Shown: positions 18,865 to 29,478, numbered from the stretch's first letter. The stretch: 64,000 nucleotides of DNA from an uncultured archaeon (GCA_964508365.1 CAZDTP010000004.1:49681-113680); one strand, 5' to 3'. Numbers and translations: made by a program. Notes: a model not told the origin generated them from the letters alone.

Positions 18865-20580
18865 TCATTCTTTTTCTTTCCATAACTCGCGCAATAAATG
18901 TGCTGCTATTTTAGGTCTTCTATCTCGAGTAAACACGCCTTTATAGTTAATCCCCCCCATTCGAGTAATTCCTTGAGATGTTTTAAAATCACACAGATTC
19001 CAAATATGCTCTCCAATAACATAAGATTTACTCCGACAGACTTCAATATATTTTTCTATGAATTCTTTTTGATATTCCTCGCTAAACATTTCAGGGGGTT
19101 GAGAATGCCATCCAGGAATCGTATCCGCTCCAAATTCGCTCAAAATTATCGGTTTCTGATATTTTTCATATAGTTTATCCATTTCTTTTGAAAGAATCTC
19201 GCTACCTTCATCAATATTTCCTGGTTGCGTGTACCAACCATAATATCGGTTTATACATAATATGTCACAGAATTCAAAAGCTTTTTCTCTCACACCCATC
19301 ATGTTAACAACTGTTATGGGTCTTGTATCATCCAATTCTTTCGTTCTGCTATATAATGTTTTAAAAAATTCTCCAGATTTCAAACTGTTATGGGGTTCAT
19401 TTGCCAGGCTCCACATTATAACGCTTGGATGGTTTTTATCTCTCTTTATCAATTCCTCAATGTATTGATTGCATAATTCTAGTTGTCTATCAATTACATC
19501 TTTACTAAATGTGAGACCTACAGCAGGAATTTCGTCAATGACTAAAAAACCAAGACGATCTGCTAAATCCATCATTTGTTCTGAGTACGGATAATGCGAA
19601 GTTCGGAAGGAGTTAGCTCCGATCCAATTCATCAAAGAGTAGTCTTTAATTATTACTGCAGGAACATATCCCCTCCCAGTAATTGGAAAATCCTCGTGAC
19701 GCCCAAATCCTGTTAAATAAACGGGTTTACCATTTAGTAGCAACTTGTCTCCATCTACTTCGATAGTCCGAATTCCTACTTTAAGCGAATAAGAATCTAT
19801 TATAGTATCCTCCTTAATAATGTCAACGGTTAGATCGTATAAATTGGGCGATTCTATATTCCAAAACTTCGCTCCTCCATTTACTTCTAAAATCATTTTT
19901 TGAATATTGTGCTCTATTTTCGAGGTATTAGTTATTTCTGATCCAAATCCTTTTAGATAGAGATTCACATAGGCATCATTAACACCCGTAGTTTCTATTG
20001 TAACATCTAAAATTCCCGTCATATCGTTTATAGATGTTCTAACAGTTATGTCTCTTATTCCTTCGTTAGGAATAGAATATAACAATACCGGTCTATGAAT
20101 TCCGCAGAATGGATAAAAGTCATAGTTAGTTTGAGGATTGTTCATTGGACGCCCACTCGGTGGTACGTATTTGTGAGATAATCTCCCGTCTACTCTAACA
20201 ACAAGAAGATTATCTTCCGATACGATATTGTTAGATATATCATATTCGAAAGGTAGATGTCCCCCTTCGTGATGTCCTACGGGTTCTCTATTTAACCACA
20301 CATCGGATAAGTAATTAACCGAACCAAACCTAATCATGGTTTTCTTTGAATCCCATTCCCAGGGTTTCTTAAATCTTAGTTGATACCAAGCAGGTCCTAA
20401 AAAATCTCGGTCGTCAGCAAATTGATCGTTCCAACTGGCAGGTACGGCTATTGGCCATCCATTTTTAAATCCCTTGGTCCAATCTTCTCTAACTCCTTTA
20501 TCATCGGGGTCAAATCGAAATTCCCAAAATCCAGATAGGTCAAAAAAATGACGATACTTATTTCCTTGTGGATAAAGCAT
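18865..20580 (-). CDS. uidA: Beta-glucuronidase (GH2)
   Basis: GFGRHED, RTSHYPY, acid/base WSLANEP, nucleophile SEFGADT, WNLCDF, NxKG motif (NYKG), FTRDRRPK. Confidence 0.9.
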   Translation of the reverse strand: MLYPQGNKYRHFFDLSGFWEFRFDPDDKGVREDWTKGFKNGWPIAVPASWNDQFADDRDFLGPAWYQLRFKKPWEWDSKKTMIRFGSVNYLSDVWLNREPVGHHEGGHLPFEYDISNNIVSEDNLLVVRVDGRLSHKYVPPSGRPMNNPQTNYDFYPFCGIHRPVLLYSIPNEGIRDITVRTSINDMTGILDVTIETTGVNDAYVNLYLKGFGSEITNTSKIEHNIQKMILEVNGGAKFWNIESPNLYDLTVDIIKEDTIIDSYSLKVGIRTIEVDGDKLLLNGKPVYLTGFGRHEDFPITGRGYVPAVIIKDYSLMNWIGANSFRTSHYPYSEQMMDLADRLGFLVIDEIPAVGLTFSKDVIDRQLELCNQYIEELIKRDKNHPSVIMWSLANEPHNSLKSGEFFKTLYSRTKELDDTRPITVVNMMGVREKAFEFCDILCINRYYGWYTQPGNIDEGSEILSKEMDKLYEKYQKPIILSEFGADTIPGWHSQPPEMFSEEYQKEFIEKYIEVCRSKSYVIGEHIWNLCDFKTSQGITRMGGINYKGVFTRDRRPKIAAHLLRELWKEKE

Positions 20581-20679
20581 TAAAATTCCTCTTTATGAGT
20601 AATAAATTACAAAAAACTCCTTAAAATATTAATATAATTAAATCCTCTCAACTAAAGTAAAGTCTGAACAAACAAACGT

Positions 20680-20820
20680 TTAAGAGGTTTGATGCCAATT
20701 ACCGTTTATAGCCAACCGTTCTTTAGTTAAATCTTCAATGTAATTGATTATTTCTTCTTTAGAAAAACTTTCTAAATTTCTTAAGCTATTAAATACTAAT
20801 TTAGACTTTTAAATGACCAT
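20680..20820 (-). pseudogene. 5' stub of a DUF6125-like gene, partial duplicate of 18326..18841
   Basis: Reads MVI*...NLESFSKEEIINYIEDLTKERLAINGNWHQTS* versus DLEGLSKEELMDYIEDLSKNWLAIDGTWFQ. By hand, 20695-20777 and 18749-18831 match at about 63/83 nt. Confidence 0.8.
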
Positions 20821-20940
20821 TTTATTACGGAGTGTTTTAATCTTTATACATATTTGTTTAAAACTTATAAATTAATTATTCCTATCTTTATTATATATTG
20901 AAATTCAAAATATTTTGTTTAAGAGAGAGTTAGGAGTTTC

Positions 20941-21564
20941 ATGAGCTCGCAAATAAGTTGTCCGAAGTGTGGTAAGGTAAATCTTATTAAAAATAAATAT
21001 TGCATCGAATGTGGGTTTCGATTTGAAGGAAATGATCTTGTTGAGTTTCAAATTCTTGAAAATTTAAAAACAAGTCTCTATTCAAGCATAATATGCATCT
21101 TGATTTTTGTCGCTTTTATGATCTTTGTAACTGTTGGATTTATTTTTCAATTTGGCTTATATGGATGTATTTCAATTTTAGTAATTTGGCCAATAACTAT
21201 AGGTTTTTTAGTGTGGGCAAAATATTATTTCAAAGGGCTTTCAAAGGATAGGAGATTTACAATTACTAAAGATTTTATTGAAATAATTGTTCCTCTTAAG
21301 CCTGCCTTTCAAATAAGATGGTCTGAATTTGATTCTATTGAAATCACAAAACGAGACTCAATGACAACAATACCAACTGGAGATGGAATTATATTAGGAC
21401 CTAGTTTTGTATACTTTACCTTGATTTTTAAAGGAAAAAATATAGATCGCAGTTATGAATTTGAGTCAGGGAAAGATTTTAAAGTGAGATCGAGAAAAAA
21501 AATAGTAATTGCTTTAGAACAATCCTCTAAAGAAAGAGGAAAGGATTTTACACGATGGAGATAG
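20941..21564 (+). CDS. Zinc-ribbon membrane protein
   Basis: CPKCG..CIECG, two TM helices, then a small soluble beta domain. Confidence 0.7.
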   Translation: MSSQISCPKCGKVNLIKNKYCIECGFRFEGNDLVEFQILENLKTSLYSSIICILIFVAFMIFVTVGFIFQFGLYGCISILVIWPITIGFLVWAKYYFKGLSKDRRFTITKDFIEIIVPLKPAFQIRWSEFDSIEITKRDSMTTIPTGDGIILGPSFVYFTLIFKGKNIDRSYEFESGKDFKVRSRKKIVIALEQSSKERGKDFTRWR

Positions 21565-21646
21565 TCGAACAGGAAGCGGATAAAAAAGGCATATATTTAG
21601 TATGTAAAGGATAGTTAAAATTAAATATTTTAGATTTAAAAGAGAT

Positions 21647-22933
21647 TTATAGTAATGTCTGAGTAAATAATCTAATCTTATCCTTGATGATTTTTTCAGA
21701 TGTCATCCGTTTATCTCCTACATCTAAATCAATAAGGAGCATCGGGATTCCTACCTCGTCTCTTAAAGCCTCTCTAAGTATTTGGGGCACACTTCCGAAT
21801 TGCTTACAGCCTAAATGAGAGGTAAAAATATAACAATCAGCGGAGAACTCTTTAGCTAAATGAACACACTCATCAATGAAAGAGTAATAAAATTCTGCAG
21901 ATTGTTTTACCATTGGTGCTTCCATGGTCTTAATTGCCATCCCATTAAACATCGTTTCCAAATCTGAGGTAGTATTAATAGGTTCTGCAAAGTTATAATT
22001 GAAAATATCAAACAAAATAGACATCCCTAGCTCACGATCTAACCACTCACACAATCCTAAATCGAAAAAAATGATCATGTAGGGCCATATACTTCGAATT
22101 TTTTCTTCTCCGCCATGATGTTCTTTTAATTTGTATCTTTTTTTTGCTAAAGCAAGCATTTCTTCATAGAATGTAATCTTTTCTGGACGCCCAGATAAAT
22201 ATATAGCGGCAGCGGCAGCCATGGCATTGAACATGTTTTCAACAGGACAAGGTAATGCTTTTTTCAACTCAAATATCTCCATCTGCATGCTAAAAATTTG
22301 ATTTTCAATTTCTATAGCTCTTCGTAACTTGTCATAATCGGGTTCTTGTCCAATTACCCTACCTAATTCTTCCAAACCCAATTTGATTTGTTTTCCGAGA
22401 TAAGGATAGCTCTTTTCCTCTTTTAGAAATGGTAAATCAGGCGTGATAACAGGTATTTTTTTATAATAGCGGAACCATGGATATGACGCATAAGTATTAT
22501 CGCAGGGAGCTGTAGGAGTAATAATTGCATCAAATCGAAATAAATCATCTAAAGTCATTCCCATTGTTCCTTTTTGTGAGGAACATGTATGAAATGGATG
22601 TCCCCAATGTGTAATTAGATCATAATATGGTTCTGAACCATCAGGTAATAATGCAGAAAGTAAATATGATGTCGCTTCAATGCATACCGGAACACAGTCA
22701 AAAGCATATAAAAATTCCGTGGGAAATGAAAAATGATGACCTATTACGGGCAATCCTTCTCTTTCCTTTATTATAAAATCATTTATAACCGATTTTACGT
22801 GTTTTAATCCCGATCTTAATGATGGAATTCCATAGTGTGGTAAAATATTTTCGACTAAACTATGCGTTACAGAGATGGCTTCATATAACATTTGATATGG
22901 AATTATTCTGTTTTTTTGCTCTTGAATAACCAT
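21647..22933 (-). CDS. 2-hydroxyacyl-CoA dehydratase family subunit (HgdA/FldB/BcrB-like)
   Basis: HTCSSQKG, TAPCD, GCKQ, LIDLDVGDKR. Confidence 0.8.
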   Translation of the reverse strand: MVIQEQKNRIIPYQMLYEAISVTHSLVENILPHYGIPSLRSGLKHVKSVINDFIIKEREGLPVIGHHFSFPTEFLYAFDCVPVCIEATSYLLSALLPDGSEPYYDLITHWGHPFHTCSSQKGTMGMTLDDLFRFDAIITPTAPCDNTYASYPWFRYYKKIPVITPDLPFLKEEKSYPYLGKQIKLGLEELGRVIGQEPDYDKLRRAIEIENQIFSMQMEIFELKKALPCPVENMFNAMAAAAAIYLSGRPEKITFYEEMLALAKKRYKLKEHHGGEEKIRSIWPYMIIFFDLGLCEWLDRELGMSILFDIFNYNFAEPINTTSDLETMFNGMAIKTMEAPMVKQSAEFYYSFIDECVHLAKEFSADCYIFTSHLGCKQFGSVPQILREALRDEVGIPMLLIDLDVGDKRMTSEKIIKDKIRLFTQTLL

Positions 22934-22999
22934 TATAGACCTAATCCAAGTATCGTTACTATCATAAGGTAATATTATATATTAGTTATTGCAAGTAAT

Positions 23000-23353
23000 T
23001 CATAGTAAAGAAATAAATTTTTTAAAGCTAATATATAATTCCGGGATACGCCTTTTTTTTATCTTTTCGTAGAGTCTTGTAAAATATTTTTTTTCCAACT
23101 TCATTTGCGAGAATATATAAGTTAAAATAATAATTAAGAGGATTAAAATGAATGAGAGAGAAAGGAATATGAATCCCATAATCGTTCCAAATGGTGTGTA
23201 TATTAAAGAAATTATAAAAACTATTATTAGTACTGAAATAATTAGCATAATCTTGCTTGGTTTACTCTTATATAAAGGTTTTTGGGTTCTAATAACAAAA
23301 AGTATAAGCAATTCGGTAATTACAGACAAAAAAAACTTTTTTTTTTTAATCAT
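23000..23353 (-). pseudogene. Orphan C-terminal fragment of a cation (Mg/Ca-type) P-type ATPase, frameshifted
   Basis: TELLILFVIRTQKPLYKSKPS..YTPFGTIMGF matches the last TM segments. An alternative frame gives YILANEVGKKIFYK. The rest of the gene is absent. Confidence 0.65.
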
Positions 23354-23443
23354 TTTTAAAATTTCATCTTGGGATTTAGAAAAAAGTTTTATATCGTTTT
23401 TGCATAGATTAATTTAATTCTTTAGAAAAATATTTAAAACAAA

Positions 23444-24448
23444 ATGAGTCAAATTCAGATAAGTCTTCCTAATGAACCAAAAAAGCATAAAGAATCCTTA
23501 ATTAGTGCCCTAAATGAGAAACTTAATATTAAAAGTATTGTCTTATTAGAAGGAGCTACCAATTCATTAGTCATTATTCGTTGTCGAGAGAATGCTGTTT
23601 CTAAAGTACTTGAAGTATTGAATGAAATTGGAGTGGGAATCGAATTTGGGATAATAGATATAATAGAATTACAAGTAACGATTCCAGAATTAAAAGACAA
23701 TCAATTAGAGATTTCCGAAGAGTTATCAAGCAGAGTATCTGTAGAAGAAATCGAATTCTCAATAAAGGAAGGAATGGATTTAGATTTAGATTATTATTTC
23801 TTCATAATACTAGCTGCTTTTATCGCAGGATCAGGGCTAATTTTAAATTCTCCTGCGATAATTATCGGGGCAATGATTATATCTCCATTAATGGGTCCTA
23901 TTCTGGGTGTTTCATATGGAATAATAAGCAAAAATTATCAGTTAGTCATTAAAGGAATATTTGGACAATTAATTAGTATTTTTATCGCAATAGGAATTGG
24001 AATTTTACTAGCAAGCTTAGCCTTCCTTATTTATAGTTCACCTTCTCTAACACATGAAATGATGACTAGAAATTTTCCAACGATTTTTGATTTGATCGTA
24101 TCTATCGGGGCGGGTTTAGCGGTCGGATTTGCCATCACGGGAAAAATAGAATCTTCTTTAGTAGGTATTGCTATAGCGGTATCATTGATGCCTCCTGCCG
24201 TTAATATCGGAGTATCTTTAATTTATGGAAATATACTTTTATCATTTGGGAGTTTTGTCCTTTTAACGTCAAATGTTCTTGCTATTAACTTCATGGCAAT
24301 TTTGATATTTAAAATTAAAAAAATAAAAATTTTAGAAAAAAAATACGCTTTTTGGAAGGGACCTGAGGAAAAAGTGGGTCAATTAAGTTTGGGTGCAAAA
24401 ATAGTTAAAAAAAAACCTAAAAAAGCTAAAAAAACTAAAAAACTATAA
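23444..24448 (+). CDS. TIGR00341/DUF389 hydrophobic-domain membrane protein
   Basis: IIGAMIISPLMGPI, GIAIAVSLMPP, SFVLLTSNV. Confidence 0.85.
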   Translation: MSQIQISLPNEPKKHKESLISALNEKLNIKSIVLLEGATNSLVIIRCRENAVSKVLEVLNEIGVGIEFGIIDIIELQVTIPELKDNQLEISEELSSRVSVEEIEFSIKEGMDLDLDYYFFIILAAFIAGSGLILNSPAIIIGAMIISPLMGPILGVSYGIISKNYQLVIKGIFGQLISIFIAIGIGILLASLAFLIYSSPSLTHEMMTRNFPTIFDLIVSIGAGLAVGFAITGKIESSLVGIAIAVSLMPPAVNIGVSLIYGNILLSFGSFVLLTSNVLAINFMAILIFKIKKIKILEKKYAFWKGPEEKVGQLSLGAKIVKKKPKKAKKTKKL

Positions 24449-24457
24449 TTCTCTCCT

Positions 24458-25609
24458 CTAATTAATCATCTCTATAAAAGCTTCGATTCTTGTTTGTAAT
24501 CGTGTGGTATCTGCTTGATAAGATTCACGGTCAATATTTAATACGGGAATATCTAATTCTTTGAGTTCATGAGTAAAAAGCATGTTATCACAACCATGTA
24601 AATCGCAGTTGTTTATCCTTTGTAGAATAACGCCATCAATGTTAGCGTTTTTGATTTCTTCTTTCAGAAATTTAAGTCTATTTTCATGATCATCCATCAT
24701 TCTTGGACATGAAATTCGGTAATATAATCTTTGTGTGAGATTCTTAAGAGGATCTTTGCTATAATCAAGGTCTATCGTATCATGAAAATTCCGCGTACCA
24801 AAACAGATAAAATCTGATGCGACAAATGCCCCTGAGTTTTCAATGAGTTGAATAAAATCTATATTATCTACAACACTTCCGACGAGCATTATTCTTTTTT
24901 TTGAGCTGACATCCATTCCTTTTTTCAATTCTAAATCGTTTAAAATCCTCTTTAACTCTTCATTTGCAATTTCTTTGGGAACTGAAGCATTTGCCATGGA
25001 AATTTGTAAAGCTTCCGTTCCAGTAATTTTAGGAAAATCTTGAATTTGTAATTCATGGAGAACTCTCAATAAATCACGATTTTGATTGTAAATACCTATT
25101 GAATGATTAAGTGTTTCATTTGATATTTTACAATTATATGCCGTCTCAAGTTCTTCACGAAATTCTTCTATTTCTTTTAAATACCAATTGAATCCTTCTT
25201 CAGTAATTATGTGAGGTATTGAAAGATAAAACTTATCAATTTTCTTGTCAATATTATCTTTATTAAATACTTTTAAGTCGAATAATTCAAACATCCTTCT
25301 ACTATGGTCGCAACTATTACAGATGAGAAATCCATCCATGAAATTATATACCCCTTTTAATGCTAAATCTAAAGTAGCTCTAACGAAGGAACATGTAAAT
25401 CTAACCATGAAAGTATCCGCTAGTTCCGTATCTTTATTTCCAGTCGCTCGAATTCTATATGGTAAAATTCCCGCAGCGTGTAATAATTCTTCAGGAATAT
25501 AGGTACAATAATATCCTATAATCTTTTTATTCGAAGCATGCCAACCGTCAATATAAGAATTTCTTATAGAATTTGAAATATTTAGAAAGGGATCATCTTT
25601 TAAATTCAT
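24458..25609 (-). CDS. 2-hydroxyacyl-CoA dehydratase family subunit (HgdB/FldC/BcrC-like)
   Basis: GYYCTYIPEEL, FTCSF, CNSCDH, SCPRM, NCDLHG, TRIEAFIEMI. Confidence 0.85.
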   Translation of the reverse strand: MNLKDDPFLNISNSIRNSYIDGWHASNKKIIGYYCTYIPEELLHAAGILPYRIRATGNKDTELADTFMVRFTCSFVRATLDLALKGVYNFMDGFLICNSCDHSRRMFELFDLKVFNKDNIDKKIDKFYLSIPHIITEEGFNWYLKEIEEFREELETAYNCKISNETLNHSIGIYNQNRDLLRVLHELQIQDFPKITGTEALQISMANASVPKEIANEELKRILNDLELKKGMDVSSKKRIMLVGSVVDNIDFIQLIENSGAFVASDFICFGTRNFHDTIDLDYSKDPLKNLTQRLYYRISCPRMMDDHENRLKFLKEEIKNANIDGVILQRINNCDLHGCDNMLFTHELKELDIPVLNIDRESYQADTTRLQTRIEAFIEMIN

Positions 25610-25619
25610 TCTCTACACC

Positions 25620-26105
25620 TCACGTGCTCTGTTTATACACTTCATGCTTTCCAATCATTAGGCAACGTACCAATTTGATTGCAGCAATATAAGAACCTTT
25701 AATTCTTGCTTTTCCAGGGATTAAATACTTTAAAAGTTTCATCAATCCGAAAAAATTGCTTTTTGAACGAATTATACTACTTAATACTAGCAAAACCTTT
25801 TCTTCTTTAACATTAATAGTAATTTGGGCTGAAGGAGTTTTAGCTTTTTGAACTTGACATTCAAAATTCTGTCTTTCAGAAGTTAAGGTAAATGTGATGT
25901 ATCCATCTAAATCTTTAAGGTACATTTCAATTTCCTTACCTTCATATTTCCCGATTTTTTGAAAGGGTTCATCTAAACCAAATAGATCTACTAACATCTT
26001 TGCTAATCTTGCGATATTAAGAATTTTTGTTTGCTTTACTAATTGCTCTGCCCTAAATGTTCTATCTGGTTCTTCTGAACTTTTCACTTGAGTAATTATC
26101 TTCAC
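25620..26105 (-). CDS. SCP2-like protein
   Basis: C-terminal LIPGKARIKGS; first gene of the dehydratase run. Confidence 0.55.
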   Translation of the reverse strand: MKIITQVKSSEEPDRTFRAEQLVKQTKILNIARLAKMLVDLFGLDEPFQKIGKYEGKEIEMYLKDLDGYITFTLTSERQNFECQVQKAKTPSAQITINVKEEKVLLVLSSIIRSKSNFFGLMKLLKYLIPGKARIKGSYIAAIKLVRCLMIGKHEVYKQST

Positions 26106-26140
26106 CTTTAGAACAATTATGATATCTCTAAAATTGTAGT

Positions 26141-26172
26141 TTATCAGTATAGTAATTTATTAGTATAGTAAT
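26141..26172. promoter_or_regulatory. 16-bp tandem direct repeat in the divergent SCP2/aconitase intergenic region
   Basis: ttatcagtatagtaat followed immediately by ttattagtatagtaat (15/16 identical). Confidence 0.45.
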
Positions 26173-26431
26173 CTTAGGTTTATAAATTAATAAATCTACA
26201 TGTAAAATTGATTCCTATTTACGAAAGGTAAAATTTTTCTTCTTTTTTTAAAACTTTTCAATAAGTATTGATATTGATAAGGGGTTAAAGATGGGAATTT
26301 GATTGAGAAATGTTTAATAGTAGTTCTTATTTACTAAATCTTGCACATTTTTTAGTTTAAATTGAAAGATTTAAAGTTTAAACTGAATCATTCAATTTAT
26401 ATGAAAATTGATTTAAAATCGGTTAAAAATT

Positions 26432-28351
26432 ATGGGAAAGACATTAACAGAGAAAATATTAGAAAAACATCTGATTGAGGGCACTTTAGAAAGAGGTTCA
26501 GATATTGCTATTAAAATTGATCAAACACTCACACAAGACGCTACTGGCACTATGGCATATTTACAATTCGAAGCAATTGGGATCCCTCGTATAAAAACTG
26601 AGTTATCGGTAAGTTATGTAGATCATAACACATTACAAACTGATTTTAAAAATCCCGACGATCATAGATATCTCCAGAGTATCGCAGCTAAATATGGACT
26701 TTATTTTTCGCGCCCAGGAAATGGAATTTGTCACCAACTTCACTTGGAACGCTTTGCACGCCCGGGTAAAACTTTATTAGGGAGTGATAGTCACACTCCA
26801 ACAGGTGGGGGTGTAGGCATGATCGCTATTGGAGCGGGAGGTCTTGATGTAGCTGCTGCAATGGCTGGTGATGAATTTTATTTGAAAATGCCTAAGATTG
26901 TAAATGTGTTTCTTACCGGAAAACTCCCTGATTTTGTGTCAGCTAAAGATGTAATTCTTGAAGTATTAAGGCGAATTGGAGTTAAAGGAGGTGTTAATAA
27001 AGTATTAGAATACACTGGACCAGGAATAAAGACTCTAACAGTACCAGAACGAGGAACGATAACTAACATGGGAACTGAAACGGGAGCTACGACTTCAATA
27101 TTTCCTTCTGATGAAATTACAAAAGAATTCTTGATTTCTCAAGAAAGAGGCGACCAATGGACTCAGATTTTACCAGATGAGGATGCCGTTTATGACGAAA
27201 CTATTAAAATTAATCTAAGCGAACTTGTTCCTCTTGTGGCCTTACCGCATAGTCCCGGAAATGTAAAAACAGTGAAGGAAGTAGAGGGATTAAAAGTAGA
27301 TCAAGTTTGCATAGGTAGCTGCACGAATTCATCATTAAGAGATCTTAAAATTTCTGCTAACATATTAAAAGGAAAAACTATCAACGAACATACTGTTTTA
27401 ACAGTCTCACCAGGTTCTCGCCAAGTTGTTGATCATCTGATTAATTCTGGGGAGATGGCATATTTAATTGAAGCGGGAGCAAGAATCCTTGAAAATGCAT
27501 GTGGACCTTGTATTGGTATGGGATTAGCCCCAAAAAGTGATGCTGTAACCTTAAGAACGTTTAATAGAAACTTTCTTGGAAGATCTGGAACTGAAAGTGC
27601 CCAAACATATCTTGTAAGCCCTGAAACTTCGGCAGTATCTGCTATTTATGGCAAGATTACGGATCCAAGATCTTTTGGAAATTTACCAGAAATTAAAATG
27701 CCCAAGAAATTTATGGTTAATGACAACATGATTATACCACCAAAAGAAGACACCGATTCTATAGAAATAGTTCGTGGTCCTAATATTAAACCTTTACCTG
27801 AATTTAATCCTTTACCAGATAAATTAGAAGGAGAGGTTCTTCTTAAAATTGGAGATGACATTACTACTGATGCAATAATGCCTGCAGGTGCAGAAATTTT
27901 ACCTTTGCGATCGAACATTCCAGAGATAAGTAAATTTGTTTTCAATATTGTTGATCCAACTTTTCCAGAAAGATCCTTAGAAAAGCAGGGCGGTTTTATT
28001 GTTGGAGGAGATAACTACGGTCAAGGTTCCAGTAGAGAACACGCTGCTATTGCGCCAAAATATCTTGGACTTAAAGCAGTTATTGTAAAATCGTTTGCAC
28101 GAATTCATCTAGCTAATCTTATAAACTTTGGAATTGTTCCTTTAACATTTGTTAACAAAGATGATTATAATAAGATTGAGCAAGGTGACAAAATTGAAGT
28201 CGACCTAACAACAATAGACTCTGGAAATGTTACGTTAAAGAATCTCACTAAAGGAACTGAATCCAATTTAGTTCATTCTTTAAGCGAGACAGAGATTGAA
28301 GTTCTAAAAGTGGGAGGAAAACTTCCGTCCATAAAACAAAGACACAGTTAA
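26432..28351 (+). CDS. acnA: Aconitate hydratase (short ~640-aa putative aconitase type)
   Basis: QDATG, DHN, GSDSHT, cluster Cys in IGSCTNS and ACGPCIG, swivel domain GSSREHA in one chain. Confidence 0.85.
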   Translation: MGKTLTEKILEKHLIEGTLERGSDIAIKIDQTLTQDATGTMAYLQFEAIGIPRIKTELSVSYVDHNTLQTDFKNPDDHRYLQSIAAKYGLYFSRPGNGICHQLHLERFARPGKTLLGSDSHTPTGGGVGMIAIGAGGLDVAAAMAGDEFYLKMPKIVNVFLTGKLPDFVSAKDVILEVLRRIGVKGGVNKVLEYTGPGIKTLTVPERGTITNMGTETGATTSIFPSDEITKEFLISQERGDQWTQILPDEDAVYDETIKINLSELVPLVALPHSPGNVKTVKEVEGLKVDQVCIGSCTNSSLRDLKISANILKGKTINEHTVLTVSPGSRQVVDHLINSGEMAYLIEAGARILENACGPCIGMGLAPKSDAVTLRTFNRNFLGRSGTESAQTYLVSPETSAVSAIYGKITDPRSFGNLPEIKMPKKFMVNDNMIIPPKEDTDSIEIVRGPNIKPLPEFNPLPDKLEGEVLLKIGDDITTDAIMPAGAEILPLRSNIPEISKFVFNIVDPTFPERSLEKQGGFIVGGDNYGQGSSREHAAIAPKYLGLKAVIVKSFARIHLANLINFGIVPLTFVNKDDYNKIEQGDKIEVDLTTIDSGNVTLKNLTKGTESNLVHSLSETEIEVLKVGGKLPSIKQRHS

Positions 28352-28377
28352 TTTTTTATTTTTTTCATTTATTTTGA

Positions 28378-29478
28378 TTATTTCAACCCTGCAACATCGA
28401 TTATGGTATTAGCAATAGCTTCAGGTTCATATTCTTCAATAAAATGGTTTGAATTTTCAAAAATCTTTATTTGACCTTTAAGTTGAGGGAGATGATCAAC
28501 CCATTGCTGTAAGACTTCATCCTTTGCTAGTGGATCCAATTCACCAATAACCGCTCGAACAGCGATATTTTGGCCATCAGGACCCCATAATCTTCCAATT
28601 TTATCTTGTATAAGACGATAAAAGGGAGTAGTATCTCGTTCTCCTAATGTCGGTTCTTTATATGAATTTCCATGACCCCATAAAGGTGTTTGAAGCACTA
28701 AGCGTTTTGAGCTTAATGTATTTGGTTTAGATTGGAATTGCTCTCTAAATATTCTTTGACTAACACTTTCGTGTTCCATTAATGTTCCCTTCTCTTTTAT
28801 TGTGGCAAGCATGATTGGCATGTTTGTTAATAATTCATCTGGATTTTCAAGATTATAAAAAATAGCAAACGATGCAAATGCACCCCAATAATTATCAGGT
28901 ATTGTTTTTGGTAATTTACTCCATGGTAATCGCTTCAATGGATAATTCTCAAATGTCATGCCCGTTAGTGGCATTGGGAAAACAGTACTATTCAATATAA
29001 CTAGATTTGATACGCGTTCGGGTAATTTTAGAAATGCTCCAATACCAATTGGGCCACCCCAATCGTGGATAATTAGAGTAACATTCCGTAGATTCAAATA
29101 TCGTATTAATTGAACTAAATTTTGAGCGTGATCCATGCAAACCATTTCGAAAGATGCTTGATCTGATAAACCAAAACCAATGTGATCCATTGCTACAATC
29201 CTAATAGACTTTTTAGCTGTGTTAACTAAGTGCTTTATAACACCTCTATAGGTATACGAGCACTCAGGGTTGCCATGGACAAAAACAATCGTATTTTCTG
29301 GTTCTCCAGTTCCGTGTTTACTATCTCTGAAAAACATTTTTTTTCCGGCATCCATCCCTTCCTCGATTTCATACCAATTTCCACATCCCTGTGGGTAATA
29401 ATCCTCTGGAACATTTTTAATAGGTGAATTATTCGGAAGTGATTTTAAATTTATTTTTTTCACCATGAATAACACCAA
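28378..29478 (-). CDS. Haloalkane dehalogenase-like alpha/beta hydrolase (OleB-like)
   Basis: HGNP, DHIGFGLSD, Asp nucleophile HDWGG, catalytic His in NHFIEE. Confidence 0.8.
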   Translation of the reverse strand: MVLFMVKKINLKSLPNNSPIKNVPEDYYPQGCGNWYEIEEGMDAGKKMFFRDSKHGTGEPENTIVFVHGNPECSYTYRGVIKHLVNTAKKSIRIVAMDHIGFGLSDQASFEMVCMDHAQNLVQLIRYLNLRNVTLIIHDWGGPIGIGAFLKLPERVSNLVILNSTVFPMPLTGMTFENYPLKRLPWSKLPKTIPDNYWGAFASFAIFYNLENPDELLTNMPIMLATIKEKGTLMEHESVSQRIFREQFQSKPNTLSSKRLVLQTPLWGHGNSYKEPTLGERDTTPFYRLIQDKIGRLWGPDGQNIAVRAVIGELDPLAKDEVLQQWVDHLPQLKGQIKIFENSNHFIEEYEPEAIANTIIDVAGLK

